A stretch of 62,087 nucleotides of DNA, filler included, from Chiloscyllium plagiosum (lineage: Eukaryota): assembly GCF_004010195.1 (NCBI RefSeq). It is 4 parts of one record of this genome, joined end to end, with 100 filler letters (N's around TTAATTAATTAA, not from the genome) between each part and the next. Parts side by side here need not be neighbours in the genome. Positions count along the whole stretch, not along the records: positions 12,573 to 42,505 come from NC_057716.1; positions 42,606 to 55,280 come from NC_057716.1; 2 more parts are not named here. One strand, written 5' to 3'. Positions 37,895 to 51,550 of this stretch are shown here, one piece after another (position 1 is the first letter of the stretch; each line of letters begins with the position of its first letter). Under the pieces are notes generated by a model, which saw only the letters and a program-made list of their open reading frames with translations, did no database searches and was not told the origin of the DNA. Position numbers and translations under genes: made by a program.

Positions 37895-38720
37895 ATTATT
37901 CACTGATTTGGGTGTTGCAGGCAGAGCCAGTGTTTATTGCCTATCCTTCATTGCCTTTGAGAGGCTGGTGGTGATTTGCCTTTTTAAATCTTTTCATCCA
38001 TTTGATGTAATTATATCCACAAATCCAATAGAGAAGGAGTTCCAGGATTTGGTGCAGTGACACTGAAGCAACAGTGATATAATTCCAAGTCAGAATGGTG
38101 TGTGACTTAGACAGGAACTGTCAGGTAGACATATTCCCATGTATCTGCTCACCTCGCCCTTCTAGTGGTAGTAATTGAGGGTTTGGAAAGTGCAGTCTAA
38201 GGAGACTTCAGCAGTGCATCTTGAAGGGGGCACACACAGCTGCTATTGGACACTGGTGGTGGAGGGACTCAGGACTCACGAATGTATCAGGCTTCTTGAG
38301 TGTTTTTGGAATTGTATTCATCTAGGGAAGTGGGCAGCATTCCATCACACTCTGGAACTATGCTTTGTAGATGGTGGAAAGGTTTTGGGGAGTTGGGAGG
38401 TGAATTATTTGCTGTAGGATTCCTAGCCTTTGGCCTGCTCTTTTAGCCACATTATTTTTACGATTAGCCCACTTGAGTTTCTGGTCAGTGGTAAAACCCA
38501 GGATGGTGATAGTAGGGGATTGAGTGATTTTGATGCCATTGAGCATCATGGGATGATGGTCTTTCTTGTCAGAGATGGTTATTGCCTGGCACTTGTGTGG
38601 TACAAGCATTACTTGCCAATTGTCAGTCCAAACCTGAATATTTCCCAAGTCTTGCTGGGTTTGGGCATGGACAGTTTCACTATCTGAGGAGTGATGAATA
38701 GTGCTCGATGTTTTGTATCT
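37895..38720 (-). mobile_element. Old CR1/L2-like LINE 3' fragment
   Basis: QQDLGNIQVWTDNWQV...KRAGQRLGILQQI...STIYKA; related to 53000-53380. Confidence 0.7.
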
Positions 38721-39189
38721 GAACTGCCATGAAGTGTGAAGGGGCCAGCGATATGGATCCTGCCTGATTCGTTGTGATCTCCAGAATTTGTTGTTTTCGG
38801 TGCAGATTACAGCATCTGCAGTAATTTGCTCCTTCATTGTACATCATTAATTAACATAGTGAGTCACTTTCTTTATTGGTGCAGCCTTTGTGGCCAATGT
38901 ACTCCCACAGGGTTTTCAGAAGGAATTTGAGGATTTTAAATTAGCTAGGTCATTCCAAATTAAACAGTCAATCACATTTTTGAGGATCTGCTCTTGTAAG
39001 TGGATAAGATTGGGCATGTTGAGTAAATTGCCTTAGTCATTTAGATGGGTTTTGCAATAACCCAGTTGTTTCACTGATTTACTGATCCTAGATTTACCCT
39101 TCCAGATTTATTTAATTCACTGAGTTTTAAATTCATTCAGATGCTGCAGTGGGATTTGATCTCACATCCTCAGATCATAGTATTTATGG

Positions 39190-39960
39190 TTACATGTTGT
39201 CATATGTGCAGACTCTCTGTTCGAGCAATTCCCCTAGTTCCACGGCCGTGCCCTCTTACCATAGCCCTACAACGTTTCCATGTTTGGAAAGTTATCTAAT
39301 TCTCTCTTGAAAACCACAACTGAATCTGCCTCCTCCACATTCTTAGGCAGCGCATCGCAGATTCTAACCAGTTGCTATGAAACGGTTTTCTTCATGTTGG
39401 TTTTGCATAATTTGTCAATCATCTTAGATTAGTGCCCTCTTGATCTTGATCCTGCCCCCAGCTGTCGGATGCATTTTTCTCTATCTCCTCTGCCCTTCCA
39501 TGATTGTGTTTAAGCCTTGAACAAATCTCCTCTTGGCCATTTCTTTCCTGAGGCGAACAGTCCCCACTTCTTTAATCAATCCCGATAACTGTAATTCCTC
39601 AACCCTCTCAGGACCATTCTGGTGAATTGTTACTGCAGTCTTTCCCACGCCTTCATATTTTTTCTAAGGTATAGTGCCCAGAATTGGAAAAATACCTAAT
39701 TGATACCAAACCCGTGCTAATTATATAGGATCATCATAGCTTCCTTCTGTTTGTATTCACTGCCACAGCTGAATTGATGGGTTTAATGATTTGTGGAATA
39801 TGTGGTTCTCTGCTCTGGTGTACAACTAAATCAAACACCTGGTCTGGTTCATTACCAAGCACCAGATCCAATGCATGGCCCTCTGCTCTGGTGTACTCCA
39901 TTTGGAATTGTATCCTTTATTTCATACTGCCCTTCTGTTTTCTACCGACCTAATTGTATC
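39190..39960 (-). mobile_element. Old CR1-type LINE 3' portion
   Basis: Reverse complement shows a QFWALYLRK-like segment and a CR1-like tail. Confidence 0.55.
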
Positions 39961-39990
39961 ACTGCACCCTCATTTGGAATCTCAGTGACA

Positions 39991-40155
39991 ATCAGTGCAT
40001 AGAGGTCCCTTACTCCAGTTAGTGTCAGTGTACTTGAGACCTTTGTCCCAGTTAGAATCAACACTCATGGAACCTTCACTCCAATTACAATCAGTGCATG
40101 TGGGACCTTTAACCCAGTTAGAGTCAATACATCTGGGACATTTAAACCAATTAGA
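39991..40155. repeat. Diverged minisatellite, 5 x 33 bp
   Basis: Units start at 39991, 40024, 40057, 40090 and 40123; approximate consensus RTCAGTGCATNTGGGACCTTTANCCCAGTTAGA. Confidence 0.85.
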
Positions 40156-40167
40156 TAACTGGAATAC

Positions 40168-42232
40168 AATTGAATTGAATTGAATTGAGTTGAACTGAAT
40201 TTATTATCACATGTACCAAGGCACAGTGAAACGCTTTGTCTTGTGAGCAATACAGGCAGATCTCAGAGTTAAATAGCATAGATTGTAAGTAATAGGTAAA
40301 CAGTGGCAAAAACAAAACATAGGTCCAGGTGAATATTAAGAGTTTGTGAGTCCACTTAGTATTCTAACAACAGTTTTGAAACCGACTGCTGTGTGTGTTC
40401 AGGCTTCTGTACCTTCTCCCCGATGGTAGAGGTTGTAGAAAAACATTGCCAGGGTGGGATGGATCTTTGAGAATGCTGGTGGCCTGTCCTTGACAACGGG
40501 CCAGGTGGATGTATTCGATAGATGGGAGGTTGGCCTTTGTGATTGTCCAGGTTCACCACTCTCTGTAACCATCTCTGAACTTGAATGGTACAGTTGCCAT
40601 ACCAGGTAGTGTTGCATCCAGACAGAATGCTATTGATGGCGCACCTATAAAAGTTGGAAAGGGTATTTGCCGTCATGCCAAATTTCTTCAGCTGCCTGAG
40701 GAAGAAGAGATGTTGTTGGGCCTTTGTAACCAGTGTTTGTAACCAGTGCTTCCACATGAAGAGTCCAAGAAAGCTTGTTGTGGATGACCACTCCCAGGAG
40801 TGTGACACTCTTCTCTTGTTCCACTTCTGTGGTATTAATATGTAGCGGAGCATGAGTAACATCCTGCTGAAAGTCAATAATGAGTTCCTTGGTTTTGCTG
40901 GCATTCAGAGCTAGGTTGTTCTCAGTGCACCATTTTTCCAGGTCTGCCACCTCCTGTCTCTAGTCTGTTTCGTTGCCATCTGAGATTCAACCAACTATGG
41001 TCATCAGCAAACTTGTAAATGGCATTAGTCTGGTACTTGGCGATGCATGCATGGGTATACAGTGAGTACAGCAGGGGGCTAAGTATGCACCCCTGGGGGG
41101 CTCCATGTGTTGAGTGTTAGTGAGGATGATTGTCCCCAATTTTCACTGATTGTGGCCTGTGGGTAAGGAAACTGAGGATCCAGTTGCAGAGAGTGGGGCT
41201 TAGCCCAAGATCACTAAGTTTAGTAATCAGTCTCGAGGGGATAGTCGTGTTAAAAGCTGTTGTAATGTTGTAGTCAATGAGTAGGATTCTTACATAGCTG
41301 TTCTTGATGTCAAGATGTTCTAGGGAGGAGTGAAGGGCAAGTGATATGGCATCTGACATGGATCTGTTGATTCGATAGACAAATTGGATTGGGTCAAGAG
41401 TAGTGGGGAGGCTGGAGTTGATTAAAGCTATGACCAGCCTTTCAAAGCAATTCATAACCACTAACGTTAGGGCCACTGGGTGGTAGTCATTGAGACATGC
41501 TGCATGAGGCTTCTTAGGCACAGGGATGATGTTGGACCTCTTGAAACAGGCAGGGACAATGGCCTGCTGCAGGGAGAGGTTGAAGATGTCCGAGAAGACC
41601 TCTGCCAGTTGATCTATGCACGCTCTGAGTGTATGGTCTGGTACTCCGTCTGGTCGCATTGCTTTCCTTGGATTCACACGAAGGAAAACTGATCTGACCT
41701 CTGATGCAGTGACTGTTGGGATAGGTTCATCAGGACTTGCCGAAATTCTGCTCAAAGTGAGCATAGAAGGCATTGCCTGCTATCTTGCACCGTCTCTTTT
41801 TAGAACCTGTGATGTCATTCAGTCCTTGCCATAGTCGCTGGGTGTCTGTCTGGGTCTCTAGTTTGGATCGGTATTGGTCCTTGGCTGCCTTAATGACTCT
41901 GTGAAGGTCATACTTGGATTCCTTAAATTTGAGTGGGTCTCCTAATCTGAAGACCTCACGCCTGGTTTTTAGCAGGTTCTGTATGTCCTGATTCATTTAA
42001 GATTTCCTGTTGGGGAACACCCGAACTGACTGCCTCGGTATGCAGTCCTCCACACACTTGCTGATAAAGTCTGTGAGGGTGGTGGTGTACTCGTCCAAGG
42101 TATCTATGGACTGTTTGAACATTTTCTAAATCAGCTGATTCCAGACAGCACCGCAGTTGATCCTCTACCTCCTTCGACCAGCACTGGACCTGTATCCACG
42201 AGGTGGTCTCCTGCTTGAGCTTTTGCCTGTAA
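40168..42232 (-). mobile_element. Rex1/Babar LINE, 5'-truncated
   Basis: DIFNLSLQQAIVPACFKRSNIIPVPKK..CLNDYHPVALT, WCTENNLALNASKTKELIIDF, KAQQHLFFLRQLKKF; (TTCAA)n tail. Confidence 0.92.
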
Positions 42233-42505
42233 GTCATAGAGTCATAGAGTCATAGAGATGTACAGCATGGAAACAGACCTTTCGGTCCAACCCGTCCATG
42301 CCGACCAGATATCCCAACCCAATCTAGTCCCACCTACCAGCGCCTGGCCCATATCCCTCCAAACCCTTCCTATTCATATACCCATCCAAATGCCTCTTAA
42401 ATGTTGCAATTGTACCAGCTTCCACCACATCCTCTGGCAGCTCATTCCACACACGTACCACCCTCTGTGTGAAAAAGTTGCCCCTTAGGTCTCTTTTATA
42501 TCTTT
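42233..42505 (-). mobile_element. CR1/HER1 3' end running into a gap
   Basis: (catagagt)n tail and ORF2 terminus. Confidence 0.9.
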
Positions 42506-42605
42506 NNNNNNNNNNNNNNNNNNNNNNNNNNNNNNNNNNNNNNNNNNNNTTAATTAATTAANNNNNNNNNNNNNNNNNNNNNNNNNNNNNNNNNNNNNNN
42601 NNNNN

Positions 42606-43506
42606 TGCGTCTCCATCAAGGATGGACACCTCAGCACCACACTTTACCGCAAACCCACAGACAACCTCACAATGCTACACTTCTCCAGCTTCCACCCAAA
42701 ACATATTAAAACAGCGATATGGACAAGCCCTATGCATACACTGAATCTGCTCAGATGAGGAGGAACGTGACGGACACCTGGAAGTACTCAAGGATGCCCT
42801 CACAAGAACGGGGTACAATGCTCAACTCATCGACCACCAGTTCTGACATGCCACAGCAAGGAACCGTAATGACCTCCTCAGGAGACAGACACGTGCTGCA
42901 ACTGACAGGATACCCTTCATTGTTCAGAACTTCCCAGGAGCTGAAAAATTTGGCCATGTTCTTCGTGACCTGCAACACATTATCAATGAGGATGAGCACC
43001 TCACTAAGACCTTCCCCACACCTCCACTACTTGCCTTTAAACAACCGCCAAACCTCAAACAGATCATTGTTCGTAGCAAACTGCCCGGCTCTCAGGATAA
43101 CTCCATACAACCCTGTCATGGTGGACGCTGAATATATGTAAAACTCTGTTATCTCACTTTTTAGATTAGAATCAATCTAAACATCATGGCATAGACAGAG
43201 AACACAGGGGGCCAACACCTTCAACATATTGTCTAGCTATCACCTTTGTTAACAGCTAACCTGAGAATGCAACTTAAAAAAAAAGGTTTTGTGATTTACA
43301 CAAGAAAGAAGCGAAACTATCACTGTATTCTAACAGATGAAAGGCTTAACAGACAATCAATTTTTCAATGTATAATTTTAGTTACATCACCCTGTAAATT
43401 TTTGCTATAAGTTCTGTGTTATGATTGAGCCTTCCGCTATCACCTGATGAAGGAGCGTCGATCCGAAAGCTAGTGTGCTTCCAATTAAACCTGTTGGACT
43501 ATAACC
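42606..43506 (+). mobile_element. Penelope-like element fragment (RT C-terminus, internal deletion, pseudo-LTR with hammerhead at 43444-43473)
   Basis: SIKDGHLSTTLYRKPTDNLTMLHFSSFHPKH; pLTR similar to 27200-27580; CTGATGA-aggagcgtcgatcc-GAAAG-CTA. Confidence 0.88.
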
Positions 43507-43509
43507 GGA

Positions 43510-44340
43510 AATAATGATGGTGGACCAGAAAATGGCAGAGAAGTTGAGTAAATACTTTGCCTCAGTCTTCAGAGTGGACGACACTAGTAGTCTTCCAAAA
43601 TTCAAGGGACACACAAAAAAAATAACTGTCATGAGAGAAAAAGTGCCAGGGAAACTAATGAGGTTAAAGGCTCATAAGTCCCCTGAATCTGATGGGATTG
43701 CATACAAGCATATTCAAGGAAGTAGCTCCAGCAAATACTCAATGCATTGATAGTAATCTTCCAAGAATCCTTAGATTCTGGAAAAATCCCAAAGGATTCG
43801 ACAACTGCCAAGGTAATACCTTTATTTAAAAAGAGAAGGAGATGCAAAACAGGTAGCTGGATGTCAGATAGTTTAATATTTGTTGCTGGGAAAATGTTAA
43901 TCTATTATAAAGGATGTAATAGCAGACCATTTAGAAAAACATAATATTTTCAAGCAGAGTCAGTATGATGTCATGAAGGAGACATCATGCCTGACAAATT
44001 TACAAGAATTCTTTGAGGAGGTAACAGGCTGGATAGATAAATGAGAAACAATGGATATAATATGTTTGGATTTTCAGAAGGCATTTGATGAAGTACTACA
44101 CGTTACGCTACTTAATAAGATAAGAGTCCATGAGGTAGTATGTTGACATGAATAGAGGATTAACTTACTAAGAGGAGACAGAGAGTTGGGATAAGTGGGG
44201 CATTTTCTGGATGGCAGTCTGTAATCCACAGCGTGCCTCAAGGATCAGTGCTGGAATTGAGGATCACAGATCAGCCATAATCTAATTGAATGATGGAGTA
44301 GACTTGATGGGCTGAATGGTATACATCTGCTTGTACATCT
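43510..44340 (+). mobile_element. Old CR1-type LINE fragment
   Basis: LSKYFASVF, IFQESLDSGKIP, LDFQKAFDEV, VPQGSVL. Confidence 0.85.
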
Positions 44341-45849
44341 TCGTCTTAAAACATCAGAAACCCCCGATCACGTAGTGCCCCCAGCTGCAGCACTACCTCT
44401 GCATCGCTCTCACTCCAACTTAGTGGCTGCCCTTAATTAACACCATGCAGATCTAGAAAGTTGTGTATAAAGACTAGGAGTGGAGAGAGGAATCATTATA
44501 ATTAGGATTAATATGGATTCAAAAAGAGCACATCTATCCCAGAGCAATGGAATCTATCATTAATAGCATGTCAACTTCCAAAATGTTCTGATCAATAAAT
44601 TGATGTTGGATCATGAAAAATACTCATCTCATGAAACTATTTCACTGCTTTGCAAAATATGAAAAATTGTTGTGAGTTCTGTGGCTTGAATTGTTTCAGT
44701 TGCATTAGTTTTCAAGACAGTGTCGTTAGATCATGAGACCCTAAGCTATCGATGCAATTAGGCTATTTGGCCCATTGAGTCTGCGCTGCTATTCAATCAT
44801 GACTGCCACCCAGCCATTTTCTGGGACATAGCCAAAAGAATCAATTATCATTGGTAAGTACAGTTCACACATCATCACAGGAAACCTGCCCCTCTTCAAA
44901 GCTCTTGAAAACCATGTTGGTAAACATTGACCATTTTTCCAATTTTAACTTCACAATTGAAGATTGGGATAAAATAGGGATCATACCTGATGTTGGAAGG
45001 TATCCTCCTCATGCAACAAGATGATTTGAGTGATTATGTTATGAAATGAGCTCTCTTCAGACAGTGAACTAATCTTTTATTTCATTGCATATGACTTGAG
45101 TGTTTTGTTAATTTATGACAACAAATAGAATATGTAGTAGCGTTACTGGTGAAGTTGAATGATCATATTATGTTTAAGTTTATTATTTTCACTTCTGAAA
45201 ACAAGCTTTTACAACATACGATGACTCTCATTTACTAAGAATAGAGGGGTGTAGTACATTGAAAATTGTGTTCCAAGTATTTAGCTTTAATTGCTTGAAC
45301 ATTAATTGTTAAATGTAAGACATATGGACATTGTGTTGATAAACTGATAATTCTGATGTAAGTTATGAGGTAAGGTGTGTCATTTCGATATATTAATATT
45401 TTTTCTTTTGAGTTTGGATTTCAAACAAACTCTATCTCACTTCAACCAGGTCTGCTACAAATTGAAACAAAAAATCCAAACTTTCAGTTTTTCCCTCAAC
45501 AAACAAACCAAAGTATCTCCTGATCCATCTAATTAAAAGCAAGCTAATGCCTCTCAACGCTTACTCTGCCCATTTGCAAAACTCTCCCAATGCAAACAGT
45601 TTCCCATTACTATTCCAAGAAGTTCCTCTCTCACACACTCACTTAAAAATAATATGCTTCCAATATTGACAGTTACTCATTAAATCATTTCATTTACGGA
45701 GACCAAAAGCCACATGTCTTTGGTTCAAAGCTCAAAGTCAAAAATAAGTTCTATTAAAATATAACATATAAATCACACAGCTTGCATTACACCGGGACTT
45801 AGCTGGTTAGCCTTCAAGAATCACAACCACATTCCTTCGTATTAATTTG

Positions 45850-46770
45850 TGTCAATGCCTTTTCCTATATTGGTCTACACTTTTATACCTTTTCACATGA
45901 TGAATAACTCACAAACAAAACAATATCTTTAATGCAGAAAAAATATCCAAAGAAGCTTCACAAATGCATATTGAAAATGCATTCATGAACTGAAAAGGAC
46001 TAATTGGAAGTGGTCGACAAAACTTGACTAAATGGTGGAGTTTAAAAGAATTGGGGGGAGGAAGCATAATTCAAGAACAGAATATCAGAAGATGGGAACT
46101 GGGTGGCTGAAGTTATGCTGTCAATGACTAAGTAAAAATGGCAGGAAATTTCAGTTTACAGCTGACAGCTAGTTACAACATTTAAAAGGCATTTGGATGG
46201 AATAGGAGCCAAATACTGGCAAATGGGACGAGATCAATTTCGGATAACTGATCAACATGCAGGCGTCAGACCAGAGGATCTATTTCTGTGCTGCGTAACT
46301 GTATGACTCTATGTCTCAAAGCAGTAAACAGGATTCTGGAATATTGCTGAGCTTGATATTAGGATGGGAATGATCTGTCATTGTGCTTTTGCTACATCTT
46401 AAAAGATCCGGTAACAGAAGCCAGAACATTTCATACCTCTGAATTTGTTTACTTAATTTGATAATTCACCACTTCTTTATTCCATTGACATTATAATAGA
46501 TAGTTGGGAAAGTTACCAAAAGAATTTAGAGTTTGGAGTGTATTGATTACGAAACTGGAAATTGATGCATGCCATTCCTTCCAAAATAAATTGCAACATC
46601 CTGTGATATGTTCGGACACGTAGTTAATAAGTGGTAAGATTATGAATGAAATGAACTGAGTGGAGTGCACTGATCGTGGTCCGATTGCATCATTGTTCTG
46701 TAAAATGCTCTATTGTTTTGCATGGCCTGATGACTGTAAACATTAAAAAGAAACAAACGACAGGCAGAGA
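45850..46770 (+). promoter_or_regulatory. Duplicated upstream region of the SPP2-like gene (homologous to ~34460-35225)
   Basis: Shared blocks: tttcctatattggtcta, aattcaccac, ctggaaattga, attgcatcattg, acaggcagaga. Confidence 0.75.
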
Positions 46771-47183
46771 ATATATGAACGGGAGTATGAGCAGGATCTT
46801 GGGGATCTCAAACAAGCTTCATCATTTGTAAGATCATGGCTAATCTGATTATGGCCTCAACTCGATTTTTCTGTTTACCAGCTTTAACCATTGATTCCCT
46901 GCTTAAACAAGACTCTATTTAATTTAGGCTTAAAAATATTCAATGATCCTGTTTTCATTACTTATTGGGAAAAAGTCTTCGATATACTAACAACTCTCTG
47001 CAAAAAAAAACAATTTCCTCATCCCCCATCTCAACAGATGATCCTTCATTTATAAATTGAGTCCTCAAGTTCCTGGAAGGGGAAAAAACCTCATGGTACC
47101 CACACTACTGAACACCCTCAGGATCTTGCATGTTTCAATTAGATTGCCTTTTGAAGAATGGAATAGAAGTATTTACAACACAA

Positions 47184-47426
47184 GTGAAATATTTCTCTTC
47201 AAGTTTACTGTAGGCCAGATTTTCTGCTGTTCTGGCAAATAGTGAGGTGCACTCTGGAGTGATTAGGGTCAGATTTTTTATTCTGAACATTGGGTGTTAA
47301 CTCAAATTCTCATGAGTCAGGTTTAGGGGACCCATGTGTAAGTTCTGCCTTCTTACAATTAAAGAAAATAGTAAGTGCTTTGCATTGAAGCTGAATTAAG
47401 ATTTTGTAATTCCTAACTTGTTGCTG
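47184..47426 (+). pseudogene. spp2: SPP2-like exon 1 (47184-47234) and exon 2 (from 47327), copy B, disrupted
   Basis: ATG is replaced by GTG with a 1-nt deletion, then IFLFKFTVGQIFCCS/G|gcaaat. Exon 2 reads GDPCVSSAFLQLKKIVSA..LKLN*DFVIPNL and is cut by a CR1. Another repeat (~46771-47145) sits in the 5' region. Confidence 0.65.
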
Positions 47427-47745
47427 TGAAGTCCATATAGATCATATCTACCGCTCTGCCCTCATCAATCTTCTTTGTTACTTCATCAAAAAACTCAATC
47501 AAGTTTGCGAGACATTATTTCCCACGCACAAAGCCATGTTGACTATCCCGAATCAGTCCTTGCCTTTCCAAATACATTTACATCCTGTCCCTCAGGATTC
47601 CCTCCAACAACTTGCCCACCACCGAGGTCAGGCTCACTGGTCTATAGTTCCCTGGCTTGTCCTTACCACCCTTCTTAAACAGTGGCACCATGTTTGCCAA
47701 CCTCCAGTCTTCCGGCACCTCACGTGTGACTATTGATGATACAAA
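47427..47745 (-). mobile_element. CR1 RT fragment disrupting exon 2B
   Basis: [39 protein letters not shown]. Confidence 0.9.
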
Positions 47746-47869
47746 TTTCACTTGTTTTAGTGAAATCATCTTCAATGTACATCTGAGTCTCTGATTTAAT
47801 TCGTACTTTTTAGTAGATTCATATTTTATTTCTTTATGTTATTTAATAAAAGCAACAGAATTTACCAGT

Positions 47870-48085
47870 GTGTGGTGTGAGTATGAAGTGAGCTGCCAGA
47901 GGAAGAGGTGGAGGCTAGTAAAATTACAACATTTAAAAGGCGTTTGAATGGGTATACAAATAGGAACGGTTAAGCAGGATATGGACCAAATTCTGGCAAA
48001 TGGGACTAGAATAACCTAGAATATCTAGTCAGCAAGGACGAGTTGGACTGAAGGGTCTGTTCCTGTGCTGTACATCTGTATGATT
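47870..48085 (+). mobile_element. CR1 3' end
   Basis: gagctgccagaggaag...ggactgaagggtctgttcctgtgctgtacatc. Confidence 0.85.
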
Positions 48086-48930
48086 CCAGCAGTTAATCAT
48101 TTTCAGAGATGAGGAACCCCATCTTCCAAACATTTGGATTACTAATCCAGGAACATAACCATTACATTCCTGCATTTTTGTAAAATTCAGTACCAGGAAA
48201 ATCAACTCGTGAAATTGATCATATGAATATGTTAGTAATTCATCCACAAATCAATCTACTCAATTTAGGACTCATATAACTCATATCATCTTCTCTACAA
48301 TAATTTTTTAAGAGGTTCTTCTAACTGATCACTATGCAACAATTTGGAATTTGAATAGCTCCTTTAACATAGTAAAATGTCCCAAGTCATTTTCCAGGAG
48401 CACAATAAGATTTAGGAAAAAAAAACACTATTTGCTAAAATATCATTATTTATAAGTGTGAGCTGAAACACACTTCTGTTCTTGTGCCTGGGTAACTGTT
48501 GGAGAAGAAAGTATCACCCAGATCATATTAGTTATTGACATCCAACTTTAATGTTACAGTTGGACTTACTGTATTCTATGTTTGCCACTCTCTCATCCTG
48601 TCCTGCCACCAATGCACATATGCATCCATGTCCCTTTGTTCCTTCACCCGGTTAGAATTGTACCCTTTACTTTTTAAAGCATACATGTTTGTTTTTTCAA
48701 TTGGCCTCATAATTTGTGTGGGTTGGCTAAAGGATTTTTACTGTCTTTTGAAATAATAAAAGTTGAGGAAAGGCAAAATTGGAGGGGTGATATTTCTGGG
48801 CATGGCATGTCATGTCAAAGTCATTTTTCTTTTAGCCGGCACACTTTCTTTTGGAACCAAGCCCTATATCATTGTTTGTAAGTGTTACCTGAAACATACT
48901 TCATTCATTTAACCCTGTCCCTTTGCTTAG

Positions 48931-49053
48931 GCCACTGATTTGGGAGAAGGTGCAACGGATTTCGAAATAATCATTGATGTCCAGGAAACTGTATGTGCTG
49001 TAAATTCTGGATTGGATCCGGCAAATTGTACACTGCTACTTACCCCAGATGCC
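48931..49053 (+). CDS. spp2: SPP2-like exon 3 (cystatin-like domain), intact, phase 0-0
   Basis: ctttgcttag| 123 nt |gtgagt. Reads ATDLGEGATDFEIIIDVQETVCAVNSGLDPANCTLLLTPDA, versus recalled mammalian SPP2 IRETTCRKDSGEDPATC. Confidence 0.8.
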
Positions 49054-51192
49054 GTGAGTATTACAATGCTAACCATTTACTGCCTTGTTCTAATTAATCC
49101 TTAAATGGCATATTGACCTGCCATGCAACATATGAAATTTAGTCCTGCATTGGTTGATAATTCACATTGACCCCCACACATCAGTAGGTAATAAAGCATC
49201 CACTTGCAAATTAGCATTACAGAGATAGCTTTGGAAGGTTCTGTTGTTAACATGGAACAAAGTAGGGTCAGTGATAGGGCAATAGTATAATGAACTACAG
49301 CTCTAATTTTGATGCAGTATGAACCTCCTCCATTATCCAGCTGAATGGGACTGCCTTCAATCAATCTTTTCTTGCTTATCCATTAATAGTTGTGCCAGTG
49401 CCAGTAATGGGATCGCTTCCCATTTCTGAATAGTTACCTCAAGAACACATCCTCAGTTCCCTTCTCTTCCTTACCTATATTGCACCTTCATAACTATGCC
49501 ACAAGAAACATACTTGAACAAAGGGAGAAAAGAGTGCTGATTTGTTGGGCCATCACTGGCATAGAGACACAGAAAGAAGTTACCTTTTAATCTTAATTCT
49601 TAGGTAAGACAGCTAAATTCTGATAGGTCAGTGCGTTGCCATGGAATTGCAACAGAATTTAGCTGTCTCCATTACCAATATTTTGAAGAAATTGTAATAT
49701 ATGTACAAATTCATTTGTCTCCATAAAAGTGCATTAATGTAATTAGCTTTTAGTACATGTGAAAGCATCACACTGTACACCCAGCTGATAATCTAAAATT
49801 AGTTACTTGTGTAGCTCTTAGCATGTCCAGATTGTTTCATAAATGATTTCCTATGGGAGAATCACATCAAATGATGGATAAACTTATTTGAGACTTGCAA
49901 AAGTGGACTGCTTGAATTTGTCTCCTGCAAACCATCATCAAGACATGTTTTTTGCCTTAGAGCAAAATGGTGTGTAGAAAAGATATCACCCTGATAGTAT
50001 AAATAAAATCTGGATCAATATTAAAAGTGCAAAGGAGAAGTGAAAAAGGAAATACAAGGGGCAAAACAAGATTAGATTGGTAGTCTGCGCAAAGGGAATT
50101 CAAAGATCTTCTGTAGGGAGATAGATAGTGAAAGGATTCAAGCCAGGTCCCCAGAACATTACCTGGCTCTCTGGATTTTTAGTCTAGTGGTAGCACCACT
50201 AGGGCCATTGCCTGTCCCATCTGTGACATGGCTTTTTTGATCCACTGTTGGTCTGTCTGGTTAACTCAGGACACCTTGCTCCAGAATGGGCCTGAGGGAC
50301 TTCCTATTAAAACTGTGACCGGTATAATTCTTTTTGAAGATCTTTGGAAAGCAGTACAACTGAACTCTGCATGGATTGGGAATCATGAGACTTGGGAGAA
50401 AGAAGCAGGTCAATGATACGTATTAGACAGAAGGCAAAGCGAGTTGTTGTTTAGCTGCAATAGGTCTTGGCTTATACACCAAAGATTATGACTGATGGTT
50501 ACCATTATTAAAGGCTTTTAAACAGAATGGGTGTGGTTCCACAGACTCAAATATTAAAGCATTCCCTGATAATATATTCAAAACATAGGAAACAGTTAAA
50601 GGAAAGGATTCAAACACCGTGGTACCTGAGCAAAGAGATACATAGACTATTATCATGACAGTCAGGGAGGAGTTAGAATGTAGCAAAAGGAATCTTTATA
50701 AAATATTTTTAAAATATTTTTCTGAATAGTTTCAGGATTTGCCTATAACCCTGTTGTCTCAGTAACCTCGCTGATCTGATTCAGTCAGATTGATTTTGCG
50801 ATTAGCTGCATTAAGATAGGCAACCCTTTCATTCTTTGCATTGCCCTTTGCACTGTTCTGGCAATGCTGGATATCAGAGCACTGAATATCAATGTTGTTA
50901 AAGTGTTAGCAGTGGGAAAATGGCAGGCAATGGAGTCCTACCTCCAGCCTAATTTTCCTTGGGCAATCCTTCTATCGGGCATGATGAAAAATTCTGGACC
51001 CGCAAGTGAAATTCAGGGAGCTGAAAAGAAATATCATGCATTCAGTCTCCCACACTGAACAATATCATGGTACCATACCAATGTGCAGTGGGACAGATAT
51101 TCTGCTGGCCAGATAGACATTATTCCAGTGTAGAGAGGAGGTATGCATGTGGACTCTGTGGAATCCTGATTGTAGCACACTCCCATAGAACT

Positions 51193-51550
51193 TCTGCAGT
51201 GTGGAAACAGGCCCTTCAGCCCAACAGGTCCACCCCGACCATCCAAAGAGTATCCCATCCAAACCCATTTCCCATTATTCCGCATTTACCTCTGACTAAT
51301 GCACCTAACCTACCTATCCCTGAATACTATGGGCAATTTAGCATGGCCATTCACTTAACCTGCACATCTTTAGAATTTGGGAGGAAACCGGAGCACCCGT
51401 TGGAAACCCACGCGGACACGGGGAGAATGTGCAAACTCCATACAGACAGTCGCCCGAGGCTGGATTTGAACCCAGATCCCTGGCGCTGTGAGGCAGTAGT
51501 ACTGATCACTGAGCCCCCGTGGTTAGCACTGCTGCCTCACAGTGCCAGAC
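51193..51550 (-). mobile_element. HE1 SINE
   Basis: Reverse complement of the HE1 core, with a short inverted head fragment at its right end. Confidence 0.9.

Noticed and set aside
39991..40155. Regularly spaced repeats as a CRISPR array
   Set aside because: Contiguous diverged units with no unique spacers and no cas genes, in a eukaryotic context.
44700..44860. Possible late SPP2-like exon (ttgtttcag acceptor, gtaagt donor)
   Set aside because: Interrupted by a repeat fragment and with no recognisable homology, so support is insufficient.
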